DNA of 64,000 nt. Origin: an uncultured Clostridium sp. (GTDB lineage: Bacteria; Bacillota; Clostridia; TANB77; CAG-508). The notes beneath the pieces were generated by a model that was not told the DNA's origin, did no database searches, and saw only the letters and a list, made by a program, of their open reading frames with translations. Of this stretch, positions 10,509 through 21,134 are shown piece by piece (within the stretch, counting starts at the first letter, position 1; each line of letters begins with the position of its first letter). The stretch lies in NCBI GenBank assembly GCA_930987745.1, contig CAKNKX010000004.1, forward strand, positions 4,025 through 68,024, read 5' to 3'. The position numbers were made by a program, and so were the translations under genes.

Positions 10509-11003
10509 TTAGTCTTTTTTGTCAGTATGCGAATTAGTAAATTGCATAGAATAATACCAAACAAGAGCAACTATTCCAATTGCAGCAAGACCAATTATTA
10601 ACCATGTCCACATTGTTGCATTCATTCCCATCAAAGTATTTGCATTACCAGTTGAAGTTCTAGTTGCATTGTATCCAGAATTATTTACTGTATTTTTCAT
10701 TGCTCCAGATGTTTCATTTACACCATTTGAAATACTATTTCCAGCTTCATGCATCATATTTCCTGCTTCATTTACAACGTTTTTAGCCATATTTCCAGCA
10801 GATTCACCGGCATCTTTAACGGTATTTCCAGCGTTTTTAACAGCACCTTCTACTGCATTTTCAGCACCGCCAACAGCATTTTGAACAGAGTTTGCGGCAG
10901 AGTTTAAATCTTGCATTAAGCTATTATCATTTGCAAAACAAAATGTACAAGCAAATATCATTGAAATAATTAAAAGAGCAGTAACTAACAATTTTTTATG
11001 CAT
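10509..11003 (-). CDS. secreted/membrane-anchored Ala/Asn-rich repeat protein
   Basis: Signal peptide, repetitive amphipathic core, C-terminal TM; GGAGG RBS. Confidence 0.7.
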   Translation of the reverse strand: MHKKLLVTALLIISMIFACTFCFANDNSLMQDLNSAANSVQNAVGGAENAVEGAVKNAGNTVKDAGESAGNMAKNVVNEAGNMMHEAGNSISNGVNETSGAMKNTVNNSGYNATRTSTGNANTLMGMNATMWTWLIIGLAAIGIVALVWYYSMQFTNSHTDKKD

Positions 11004-11123
11004 AAAAATTCCTCCTTATTTAAAGTTTATATTATTAGTATTTAAAGAAAAAATAATTTTATGCATGAAAATTTTTGAAAAAAAGAAACTCTTTTAAGAA
11101 GAGTTTCAATGTATATTTTAATT

Positions 11124-11549
11124 TTATTTTTTCATACGTATTAATATTGCGATTGCGAGTAATACTAATAACACACCAACAACAATTAAAAATATGTTAA
11201 TTATATTTGTTATCTCTAAATCTCCAATAGAAGAACTTACATTAGAAACTGTTGTTGTCGTGTCAGTTGTAGATGCGTTTGATGTAGAATTTGTTGTTCT
11301 ATTAGATGTAGATGAATTAGTATTAGAACTATTAGTATTTGAATTATTAGTGTTTGTATTTGAAGTATTTGATGCTGTATTATTAGCAGAATTTGTATTT
11401 TCTGAAGATGTTGCAGAATTTCCATCAGATGAATTATCTGTTAAATTTAAATCAACAGCATAAGAAAAGTTTATAAAGAAAAATAAACTTAAAATTAATA
11501 ATACTGATATAATTTTTAATAAATTTGATTTACTTTTAATCATTTTCAT
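11124..11549 (-). CDS. secreted/membrane-anchored Ser/Thr/Asn-rich protein
   Basis: Signal peptide, low-complexity linker, C-terminal TM with RMKK; GGAGG RBS. Confidence 0.7.
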   Translation of the reverse strand: MKMIKSKSNLLKIISVLLILSLFFFINFSYAVDLNLTDNSSDGNSATSSENTNSANNTASNTSNTNTNNSNTNSSNTNSSTSNRTTNSTSNASTTDTTTTVSNVSSSIGDLEITNIINIFLIVVGVLLVLLAIAILIRMKK

Positions 11550-11619
11550 TACCTCCATTATTTAAGAACATAAAGTTCCATATCTTTTGTTTCCACATAA
11601 TAATATCACAAAGAAATAA

Positions 11620-11870
11620 AAAATGTCTAGTATATATTTAAAAATATATTAATAATATATAAATTATTAAGTTATATATTGATAAAAAGAAAATAAAGCT
11701 ATATAATAATAAAAAATAAATGAAAGAGGAATAATATGAGTAAGAAAAAACATCTAATATATAGTTTTAAATATGCTTTTCAAGGAATAGCATCAGCCTT
11801 TAAAACAGAAAGAAATATGAAAATACATGTAACTGCAGTAGTTTTAGTCACAATAGCCGGACTTTTTTTC
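11620..11870 (+). repeat. 251-bp target-site duplication (second copy 13824-14074) containing the dgkA promoter and 5' end
   Basis: Direct repeat flanking the IS, offset 2204. Confidence 0.9.
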
Positions 11871-13823
11871 CGGGAGTTTGACACTTTTGAAAGTTTAAAA
11901 TTGATGTAAGCATTAAAAATGCTTAATTTTTTTGTCAAATTTTTCTTTTTTCTCTTGCGTGATTTGTCGTGATGTGATATAATCATAAAAACTAATGAAA
12001 GGCTTGGTGTACATGAGATTAAAAGTTAATAGATCTAAAAATTCAATTAATTACTACATCATTACAGATATAAAAACAAAACAAGGAAAACGTTCAACTA
12101 AAGTTTTTAAAAAACTTGGTAACGAACAAGAAATTTTAAAAATTTCTGATGGACTTTCTCCTTTAGAATGGGCTAAAAAGCAATTAGATATTGTAAATAA
12201 ACAATTAGAAGAAAAAAATTTGAAGGTTACTGCTGAATTTGTTCAATCAAATATAATTGATCAAGATAAGCAATTAATATTTAATTGTGGTTATCTTTTT
12301 TTACAGGACATTTACTACAGTTTAGGATTAGAAAAAATATGTAAAGATATTTCCGATAAATATAGAATTAAATATGACTTAAATTCCATATTATCAAATT
12401 TAGTATATACTAGAATAATAGAGCCTTCTTCCAAATTATCTGCTTTTGAAACTGCTAAATTTTTTCTTGAACAGCCTAATTATGAACTTCAAAATATTTA
12501 CAGAGCTTTAGAAATCATTTCTAAGGAAACTGAAAATATTGAAGCTACTGTCTACAAAAATAGTTTGAAGGTTGTAAACAGAAATACTAAAATTTTGTAT
12601 TATGACTGCACTAATTACTTTTTCGAAATTGAAGAAGCTGAAGGTCTTAAACAATATGGAAAAAATAAAGAGAACCGTCCTCTGCCAATTGTTCAAATGG
12701 GACTATTCATGGATGGAGATGGCTTTCCTCTTGCTTTTGTGATTGATAGTGGTAACACAAACGAACAGGTAACTCTAAAACCTTTAGAAAAACAAATTAT
12801 TAGAGATTTTGAATTATCTAAATTTGTAGTTTGTACAGATGCTGGACTTGCCTCTCGTGAAAATAGAATTTTCAATAATATTCAAAATCGTTCTTTCATA
12901 GTTACTCAATCTTTAAAAAAAATTAAAGGACATTTAAAAGATTGGGCTTTATCAAAAGAAGGCTGGCATAAAATAAATTCAAATAAATTAATTAATTTAA
13001 ATGACATCGATAATTCTAGTTCTAATGACGAAATATACTACAAAGAAAGATGGATTAATGAAAATAATTTATCACAAAGATTGATTGTTTCATATTCGCC
13101 TAAATATGCAGCTTATCAAAAAAAGATTAGAACCAATCAAATTGAAAGAGCTCAAAAACTAATTGATAATCCTACTTCAATTTCAAAAAATAGGCAAAAT
13201 GACCCAAAACGTTTTATCAAATCTTCTTCCATTACTAATGATGGAGAAATCGCTGATAAGAAAGTTTTTTCTCTAAATCAATCAGCAATTGACAAAGAAG
13301 CAATATTTGATGGATTTTATGCTGTTTGTACTACTTTAGAAGATGACATTAATGAAATTATTAAAGTAAATAAAAGAAGATGGGAAATTGAAGAATCTTT
13401 CAGAATTTTAAAATCAGACTTTAAAGCTAGACCAGTTTATTTAAAAAGAGATGATAGAATTAAAGCACATTTTGCAACTTGTTTTTTAGCACTTTTAATT
13501 TATAGAATTTTAGAGCATAAATTGCAAGATAAATATACAAGTTGTGAAATTATTCAAACACTAAGAAATATGAATTTAAGAGAATTAGAAGGGATCGGAT
13601 ATATTCCTGCATATACACGAACTTCTTTAACTGATGAATTACACAAAATATTTGGGTTTAGAACAGATTATGAAATTACTACTTTAAAAGATATGAAAAA
13701 AATTTTTTATTCCACCAAAAAAAAGTAAAAATCACGCATTTTTTGCTAACATCATAAAAGTCTGTACCACAGTTGTATACTGTGTTACAGACTTTTTACT
13801 CATTCAAAAGTGTCAAACTCGAG
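11871..13823 (+). mobile_element. IS1634-family insertion sequence
   Basis: Terminal IRs CGGGAGTTTGACACTTTTGAA / TTCAAAAGTGTCAAACTCGAG; long TSD; single transposase. Confidence 0.9.
12013..13728 (+). CDS. IS1634-family DDE transposase
   Basis: YYDCTNYFFE, VVCTDAGL, RRWEIEESFRILKSDF.ARPVY motifs. Confidence 0.92.
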   Translation: MRLKVNRSKNSINYYIITDIKTKQGKRSTKVFKKLGNEQEILKISDGLSPLEWAKKQLDIVNKQLEEKNLKVTAEFVQSNIIDQDKQLIFNCGYLFLQDIYYSLGLEKICKDISDKYRIKYDLNSILSNLVYTRIIEPSSKLSAFETAKFFLEQPNYELQNIYRALEIISKETENIEATVYKNSLKVVNRNTKILYYDCTNYFFEIEEAEGLKQYGKNKENRPLPIVQMGLFMDGDGFPLAFVIDSGNTNEQVTLKPLEKQIIRDFELSKFVVCTDAGLASRENRIFNNIQNRSFIVTQSLKKIKGHLKDWALSKEGWHKINSNKLINLNDIDNSSSNDEIYYKERWINENNLSQRLIVSYSPKYAAYQKKIRTNQIERAQKLIDNPTSISKNRQNDPKRFIKSSSITNDGEIADKKVFSLNQSAIDKEAIFDGFYAVCTTLEDDINEIIKVNKRRWEIEESFRILKSDFKARPVYLKRDDRIKAHFATCFLALLIYRILEHKLQDKYTSCEIIQTLRNMNLRELEGIGYIPAYTRTSLTDELHKIFGFRTDYEITTLKDMKKIFYSTKKK

Positions 13824-13939
13824 AAAATGTCTAGTATATATTTAAAAATATATTAATAATATATAAATTATTAAGTTATATATTGATAAAAAGAAAATAA
13901 AGCTATATAATAATAAAAAATAAATGAAAGAGGAATAAT

Positions 13940-14317
13940 ATGAGTAAGAAAAAACATCTAATATATAGTTTTAAATATGCTTTTCAAGGAATAGCATCAG
14001 CCTTTAAAACAGAAAGAAATATGAAAATACATGTAACTGCAGTAGTTTTAGTCACAATAGCCGGACTTTTTTTCAAAATCAGTAAAATAGAATGGATGAT
14101 TTGTATTATTTTATTTGGAATGGTTATTTCACTAGAACTTGCAAATACAGCAATAGAGACAACAGTTGATATAGCTATGCCAGAAAAAAATGAAAAAGCA
14201 AAACTTGCAAAAGACATAGCAGCAGGAGCTGTTTTAGTTTGTGCTTTTATTTCAGTTATAATTGGTGGAATGATATTTGTACCTAAAATTTGCATATTTT
14301 TTACAAATATGTTATAA
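13940..14317 (+). CDS. dgkA: diacylglycerol/undecaprenol kinase
   Basis: SFKYAFQGI...ERNMKIH...ELANTAIE...AKDIAAGAVL. Confidence 0.9.
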   Translation: MSKKKHLIYSFKYAFQGIASAFKTERNMKIHVTAVVLVTIAGLFFKISKIEWMICIILFGMVISLELANTAIETTVDIAMPEKNEKAKLAKDIAAGAVLVCAFISVIIGGMIFVPKICIFFTNML

Positions 14318-14354
14318 TACATAATGTTTTACATTAAAAACATATGGAGGAATT

Positions 14355-15227
14355 ATGCTTAATTTTTTAAAAGGTATTATAGTTGGAATTGGTGGAATAG
14401 CACCAGGTTTAAGTGGAAGTGTATTATTAGTAATCTTAGGTTTATACCACAAAACTATAAATGCAATAGGAACATTATTTAAAAACTTTAAGAAAAATGT
14501 ATTATTCTTACTTCCTTTATGTTTAGGATTTGGAGTAGGAGTAATTATATTTAGTAAAATAGTTGACTTTTTACTTGCAAATTATGAAATGCAAACTAGA
14601 TTTGCGTTTTTAGGACTAGTAATAGGTACAATTCCACTTTTTTATAAAGAAGTAAAAAAAGAAGGATTTAGCAAAAAATATTATATATTTATGCTAATTG
14701 CTTTAATTGCAGGATTTGCTTTGTTTGGAGCAAATAGAGGATTATTTCCTGAAATAACTAATCCAAATTTACTACAATCTGTATTTTTAGGAGTAGCTGT
14801 TGCTGGATCTTCTATAGTTCCTGGTGTAGATAGTGCAGTAATACTTTCTTCACTTGGACTATATGAATTATATGTAAGTTCTTTAGCAAACTTTAATTTA
14901 TCTGTATTAATTCCAGCAGGAGTAGGTCTTGTAATAGGAGTACTTGTAATATCATTTTTAATAAATAAATTAATAAATAGATTTTATACTGCAACATTTT
15001 CAGTTATATTTGGACTATTTTTATCAATAATTCCAAATGTGTTAAATGAAAGTTGTGTATTAGAATTTAATCTACAATCAGTTATTTCTATTATAATAAT
15101 GATATTAGGTTTTGGAGTTTCATATTTCTTAGGAGATATTAAGGGAAATATCAAAAAGATTAAAATTTGGATTAAAACATTAAAAGGAATGTATGATTTT
15201 GATAAGGTTAAAAAATTAACAGATTAA
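14355..15227 (+). CDS. DUF368 family membrane protein
   Basis: Repeated PGLSGS / PGVDSA..LGLY motifs; many TM segments. Confidence 0.85.
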   Translation: MLNFLKGIIVGIGGIAPGLSGSVLLVILGLYHKTINAIGTLFKNFKKNVLFLLPLCLGFGVGVIIFSKIVDFLLANYEMQTRFAFLGLVIGTIPLFYKEVKKEGFSKKYYIFMLIALIAGFALFGANRGLFPEITNPNLLQSVFLGVAVAGSSIVPGVDSAVILSSLGLYELYVSSLANFNLSVLIPAGVGLVIGVLVISFLINKLINRFYTATFSVIFGLFLSIIPNVLNESCVLEFNLQSVISIIIMILGFGVSYFLGDIKGNIKKIKIWIKTLKGMYDFDKVKKLTD

Positions 15228-15283
15228 ATATATTAATAGAAAACAAGATTTTTCTTGTTTTTTTATTTTGTTCTTTAAAACTA

Positions 15284-15304
15284 TTGACTTAGAGTCTACT
15301 CTAA
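15284..15304 (+). promoter_or_regulatory. MerR-type promoter/operator
   Basis: TTGACT followed by palindrome TTAGAGT-CT-ACTCTAA. Confidence 0.5.
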
Positions 15305-15348
15305 ATGATATATATAAAGAAAGACAAAGGGGAATAGGAGTGAATTAT

Positions 15349-15664
15349 ATGAAAACAAAAAAAGACTTTTAGTACTCTTATCTGTAATTATTTTGCTGTT
15401 ATTAGCTCTTGTTTTAGTATTTTTCTTTGTTAATAATAGAAATCAAACAAACGAAGTGGCAAATGAAAATATTTCAGATGTGGAAAATACTAATGTTGAA
15501 GAAAATAATCAATTAGATGTATTGCTTATTCAAGAAAAGCTGTAGAAGTATATCAAAACAGTGAATTAAAAGTAATCAATAGTGCGGGTCATGGGTTTTA
15601 TGGAGATGATTTTGAGAAAGCAGTTTCTTATATTTTAGATTTTTTAGTGAATCAAACTATCTAA
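15349..15664 (+). pseudogene. fragmented gene remnant (signal-peptide piece plus hydrolase-like C-terminus ...AGHGFYG...)
   Basis: ATG with RBS followed by an early stop; disjoint pieces. Confidence 0.4.
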
Positions 15665-15866
15665 ATATAAAAATAATAGTACAACAAGAAATATATTTAC
15701 AAGATTAATTATTCACAGCTTTGGACAATTAATTTACTCTTGATAAAGTTTCCATAATATGATAAAATTATAAAAGACAATGTTATATATTGTTCAAAAG
15801 CAGTTCTTGTAGATATTTAACAATGTAAGTAACAGTTTTTCAGACAACAGAAAGGAATGACAAAAT

Positions 15867-16118
15867 ATGTATAGAGGAAAATCACGGCATCGAAAACAAA
15901 TAGAAAGAATAAACCAAGCTTTTGAATTAGGACATCAATCAGTTACATTGAACATTTATTCTTCAGAAGTTAAGAAACTTTTGAAAAATCATACTTTTTT
16001 GAAAGTTTCACCAGATCCAAAAGAATTGAACAAAGATGAGCGAAAGCAAGAATGTAAATATTGTTTTGATTTATCAAGAATGAAAGAAAAAATTATAGCT
16101 GACTTTTTAGATGATTAA
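15867..16118 (+). CDS. orphan hypothetical protein (contains in-frame CGG at 15885)
   Basis: AAAGGA RBS, 83 aa ORF. Confidence 0.5.
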   Translation: MYRGKSRHRKQIERINQAFELGHQSVTLNIYSSEVKKLLKNHTFLKVSPDPKELNKDERKQECKYCFDLSRMKEKIIADFLDD

Positions 16119-16144
16119 ATAAGAATAACAAGAACTGCTATGCT

Positions 16145-16173
16145 AAAGAGGATAACAAAGTGTTATCCTCTTA
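16145..16173. terminator. bidirectional hairpin terminator
   Basis: AAGAGGATAAC-AAAGT-GTTATCCTCTT between convergent genes. Confidence 0.7.
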
Positions 16174-16177
16174 AAAC

Positions 16178-18143
16178 TTATTTTTCTATTAAATTTTCTA
16201 ATTCTTTTATTTTATCTCGTAGTTCAGCAGCTTTTTCAAATTCCATTTCAGCTGCAAATTTTAACATCTCATCTGTAAGTTTACTAATTGTTTCTTTTAT
16301 ATCATCTTCTTTTTCTAGTTTGTATTCAACTTCAATATCTTTTACATCAGTAATAGAAATTGAATCTCTTACAGATTTATTTATTGTTTTAGGTGTAATA
16401 TGATGTTTTTCATTATATTCTTGTTGTATTTTTCTTCTTCTATTAGTTTCAGATATTGCCTTTTCCATACTTTCTGTTAATTCATCTGCATACATTATAA
16501 CAGTTCCATCTGTATTTCTAGCAGCTCTACCTATTGTTTGTATCAAAGACCTTTCTGAACGTAAAAATCCTTCTTTATCTGCATCTAAGATAGCAACTAA
16601 AGATACTTCAGGAATATCTAGACCTTCTCTTAGTAAGTTTATTCCTACTAAAACATCAAATTCTCCGAAGTCTTAAATTACGAATTATTTCCATTCTTTC
16701 TAATGCTTTTGTATCAGAGTGCATATAGTTTACTTTTATATCAAGTCCTTTTAAATATTCTGTTAAATCTTCTGCCATTTTTTTAGTTAAAGTAGTTACT
16801 AATACTCTTTCTTTTCTTTCTACTCTGATTCTAATTTGTTCTAGTAAATCATCTATTTGATTAGTTACTGGTTTTACCTCAATTTTAGGGTCTAATAGTC
16901 CAGTTGGTCTTATAATTTGTTCTACAACATTATTTTTAGAATGTTCTTTTTCATAATCAGCAGGTGTTGCACTTACAAATATTACTTGATTTATTCTTTC
17001 TTCAAATTCTTTAAATGTAAGTGGTCTATTATCAAATGCTGATGGCAATCTAAATCCATAATTGACTAATGATTCTTTTCTTGCTCTGTCACCATTATAC
17101 ATTGCTTTTACTTGTGGAATTGTTGCATGTGATTCATCTATTAATAGCAAGAAATCATCTGGGAAATAGTCAAATAGGGTATATGGAGGACTTCCAGCTG
17201 GTCTACCGACTGATATGCCTTGAATAGTTTTCTATTCCTGAACAAAATCCAGTTTCTTTCATCATTTCAATATCAAAATTTGTTCTTTCTTCAATTCTTT
17301 GTGCTTCAATTAATTTATTTTGTGATTTAAAGAATTTAACTCTTTCTTCCATTTCTTGTTCAATTGTTACAATCGCTCTATCCATTTTTTCTTTTGTTGT
17401 AACATAGTGTGAAGCAGGGGAGATAAGGATATGTCGTCTTGTTCCTATTGGCTTACCTGTTAATGCATTTATTTCAACTATTTTTTCTATTTCATCACCC
17501 CAAAATTCTACTCTAACAGCATTTTCTGATTGGTCTGATGGATATATTTCTACAATATCACCTTTGGCTCTAAAAGTTCCTCTTTTAAAGTCTATTTCAT
17601 TTCTTGTATATTGCATACTAACTAATTTCTTTAATACTTGATCTCTTGATTTTTGCATACCTGGTCTTAAAGATAGCATCATTTCTTGATAGTCAACAGG
17701 GTCTCCTAAACCATAAATGCAAGAAACAGAGGCAACTATTATTACATCTCTTGTTTCAAATAAAGAAAGTGTTGCAGAGTGTCGAAGTTTATCTATTTCG
17801 TCATTTATTGAAGAGTCTTTTTCTATATATGTATCTGTTGATGGTATATAGCTTTCTGGTTGGTAATAATCATAATATGATACAAAATATTCGACATTAT
17901 TTTCAGGAAAAAACTCTTTAAATTCTGAGTAAAGTTGTCCGTGCTAGAGTCTTGTTATGAGCTAAAACCAGTGTTGGCTTTTGAACCTTTTCAATTATAT
18001 TTGCCATGGTAAAAGTTTTACCGAGAACCAGTAACACCTAAAAGCGTTTGATATTTTTTACCTTCTTTTACTCCATTACTTAAATATTCAATTGCATGAG
18101 GTTGGTCACCTGTTGGTTTGTATTCTGAATGTAATTTAAACAT
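16178..18143 (-). CDS. uvrB: excinuclease ABC subunit B; needs +1 skips at CGG 18023, 17941, 17208 and 16667
   Basis: Restored motifs [57 protein letters not shown]. Confidence 0.95.
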
Positions 18144-18266
18144 AAATCCTCCTTAATATCATATTATATTTATACCATATTTTAGGCGAAAATACAAGAA
18201 ATTACATATTCTCATATTTATAAAAAGTAGCTCATTATTACGATGAGCCACTCTTTAAGTCAGATT

Positions 18267-18956
18267 TTAATTTTTCTTTAGGACTATATTTAACATTGTT
18301 GGAAATCCGTTTTTTAAATCAACTTCTTCGAATTTCATAATACTTAAATAATTTGAAAATATATTTAAATATGTGGATAACATTCTATGATAGTAAGTTA
18401 ACTTTGTGTGATGTTGTCGTCCATTTGCAATTTTAAATGGTATTTGATATAAACATTCGCATCTGTGGTCAAAAGGTTTATCTAAAACAATTTTTCCCCG
18501 AGATACTTTATCTTCTAACCAAAAAGCTGGATGAGGAATTGTTATCAAAACAATACCATTTGTTTTTAAAATCCTGCTTGTTTTCAAAATTGTAGGCTCA
18601 AGAGCTTGCAGGTTATGTAAAACCATATTATAGACTACAATATCAAATTGATCATTTTCATTTAGGTCAACAATATCCCTTTGCTCAAACCGTAAATCAA
18701 AATTTGCTCTTGCGCATTCAATTGCAGCTGTAGAAATATCTATTCCATGTACATTAAGTAGAGGAAATTTTTTCTTGATTTCTGCCATCAAATAACCGCA
18801 ACCACAACCAACATCTAAAAGATTAGCAATTGGTTTTGTACCAATATATTCTTTGATGTTTTCAAAAATAAAAGGTTCTAAGATAGTTCTAAAAGTAATA
18901 TCAACTCCCATCTTTAATTCTGCTAACCGTGCATTATAATCATATTGTTCGCTCAT
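18267..18956 (-). CDS. class I SAM-dependent methyltransferase (three in-frame CGG codons)
   Basis: LLDVGCGCG, GIDIS and FDIVVYNMVLH motifs. Confidence 0.8.
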   Translation of the reverse strand: MSEQYDYNARLAELKMGVDITFRTILEPFIFENIKEYIGTKPIANLLDVGCGCGYLMAEIKKKFPLLNVHGIDISTAAIECARANFDLRFEQRDIVDLNENDQFDIVVYNMVLHNLQALEPTILKTSRILKTNGIVLITIPHPAFWLEDKVSRGKIVLDKPFDHRCECLYQIPFKIANGRQHHTKLTYYHRMLSTYLNIFSNYLSIMKFEEVDLKNGFPTMLNIVLKKN

Positions 18957-19229
18957 AATAAATTACCCTTTCTATATTTTAACTAAAATATATTTTTTGA
19001 GATAGCTTCTGACTAGTACTATCTCATTATATTTTTTATACATAATATATCTTAACATAATTACGAACTTATTTCAATAATTAATCCTTATTTTTACCTA
19101 TGCAAAAATTGGTTTTCATTTTACTTTAACTTTTTTACATCTTCACCTAATATTCTTAAATAATCTTTTTCTGCTTTTGTTAAATGGGTTTGCATATATC
19201 TGTCATATTCTTTATGTGCTTTTTCCAAT

Positions 19230-19596
19230 GCTTTTTCATGTGATACTGTTCCTTTTTTTCTTTATTACTATCTACTCTATTATATATAACTTCTGCTGCT
19301 GTATTTCCATGTACTGCATAATGCATTTTGTTTTGTACTGTTTTAAAAACTGTTTCGTTAATTCATTATTTGCATCATAATCAATACTTGTAGCATAAAT
19401 GTCTAATATTTTTCTCCAAAATACTTTCTCTGATGAACGTATATCTCTAATCTTTTCTAATAATTCTTCAAAATATACTCCACCACCATTATTCTTCATT
19501 CTATCACTATCTAAGTTATACCCTTTTATCAAATACTCTTTTATCAATTTATTTGCCCAAATTCTAAATTGAGTACCTCGAATTGATTTTACACGA
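19230..19596 (-). pseudogene. RhuM-family protein fragment
   Basis: RVKSIRGTQFRIWAN..IKEYLIKG...YFEELLEKIRDIRSSEKVF; truncated at both ends with an internal frameshift. Confidence 0.75.
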
Positions 19597-19716
19597 ATTG
19601 GGTCACAAACTTTTTTTGTTTGTTTAGTTTTATTTCGTTTTTTAGGCTTATTTAGTCGTTTTTTGATAAACCAAATAAAACTAAAAAGGTCTAAAAGTGG
19701 CTATTTAAAGCCATTT

Positions 19717-19838
19717 TTGTAGTTAATCATACTATGAGACAAAATATTCGACATTATTTTCAGGAAAAAACTCTTTAAATTCAGAATATAGTTGTCCGTG
19801 CTAGAGTCTTGTAATGTAATTTAAACATAAATTCTCCT
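19717..19838 (-). pseudogene. diverged, internally deleted second copy of the uvrB 5' end
   Basis: RBS + ATG TTT AAA TTA CAT fused to the [24 protein letters not shown] segment, with synonymous differences from uvrB. Confidence 0.85.
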
Positions 19839-19937
19839 TGTTTAAATTTAATATCGATATTAATTATATTATATAAAACAGATTTTTGCAATATTCAAAT
19901 AAAAAAATTCCCCTAATATAGGGGATAAATAATATTA

Positions 19938-20387
19938 TTAAACTTCAGCTTTAGTTCCAATATATTCAGATTTTCCGAATGCTAATATTAGATAAAAGAT
20001 TGGCGCAAGAAAGATTAATCCAACTGTATAACCAGCATCTTTTCCAAATGATTTTGCAAGTCCGTTTGCTTGGAAAATAGTTAGTACTAAACAAGCAATC
20101 CAACCAACAAAAGGAATAACTGATGCTAAATATACTAAAACTAGCCATGGTGAAAGCCCAGAAATTTTAAATAGTGTAACTACGTTGTAAATTGGAATAA
20201 TTGATTTCCAACCTTTTTCGCCAGCTTTTGCAAATATTTTCCACATAGCAATGATTTGTAAAACAGCAATTACTAATATTATAATTAGGAAAGTAGAAAA
20301 CATTGCTCCTAAAGCTCCTAAACCAACTGCTGCTGCAGTATCAAAATCATCTGCATAGTAAGAATAATCATAATAGCTTGAATACAT
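19938..20387 (-). CDS. DUF5684-like membrane protein
   Basis: WKIFAKAGEKGWKSIIPIYN...LAKSFGK...LAFG. Confidence 0.8.
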   Translation of the reverse strand: MYSSYYDYSYYADDFDTAAAVGLGALGAMFSTFLIIILVIAVLQIIAMWKIFAKAGEKGWKSIIPIYNVVTLFKISGLSPWLVLVYLASVIPFVGWIACLVLTIFQANGLAKSFGKDAGYTVGLIFLAPIFYLILAFGKSEYIGTKAEV

Positions 20388-20555
20388 AAAAACACCTCCT
20401 ATTTATTTATAATTAAATTCTTACATTTTTTGTCGAAAAAGTCAATAATATGTCGAAAAAAATTTCAAGAAAAATATTGTATAAAAAAAATCATTCTGAT
20501 ATAATTGAGATAATTTAATAGACTTATTCATAAGCTCTAATAAGGGAGGATAATT

Positions 20556-21066
20556 ATGGAACAAGAAAATAAGCAATGTAATTGCAAAGAAAACCAAAAG
20601 GACAAATTCCTAGAAGATTTATTTCGGAACATATTTACCAGTAAAAGATAATTTGATTCAAATGTTAAATGAAATTCAAGAACATTATGGTTATGTACCT
20701 ATGGATGTACAAAAAGAACTATCAGAATTTTTAAAAATCCCAATGGCTGAAATTTATGGAGTCGTTACTTTTTATTCAAGATTTTCACTAGAACCACAAG
20801 GAAAATATAAAGTGTCAGTGTGCTTAGGAACAGCATGCTTTGTTAAAGGTTCTCAAAAAATAATGGATAGATTAGTAGATAGATTAAAAATAGAGCCAGG
20901 ACAGACTACGAAAGATGGGCTATTTACAATAGAACAGACAAGATGTGTTGGTGCATGTGGATTAGCTCCAGTATTTACTTTAAATGGGGAAGTATATGGA
21001 AAAGCAACAGTACAAAAGTTAGACCAAGTTTTAGATGAAATAATGGAAAAAGAAAAGAAATTATAA
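20556..21066 (+). CDS. [FeFe]-hydrogenase 2Fe-2S subunit (NuoE/HydC-like); needs +1 skip at CGG 20625-20627
   Basis: GGGAGG RBS + ATG 20556; joins the frame with YGVVTFYSRF, CLGTAC and CVGACGLAP. Confidence 0.88.
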
Positions 21067-21134
21067 CGAAGTGAGACGAAATGTGAGAAAAAATGCTCCG
21101 TCCCCGTTTGTCTCATCTTGAAAGGAGAAATTTT

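Noticed and set aside
10669-11463. Plus-strand ORFs 10669-10884 and 11194-11463 and other short antisense ORFs in the track
   Set aside because: Shadows of real genes on the opposite strand, with no RBS or recognisable motifs.
21093-21134. N-terminal extension MLRPRLSHLERRNF of the NuoF-like ORF
   Set aside because: Derives from a REP-like repeat; the AAAGGAG RBS supports the start at 21135.
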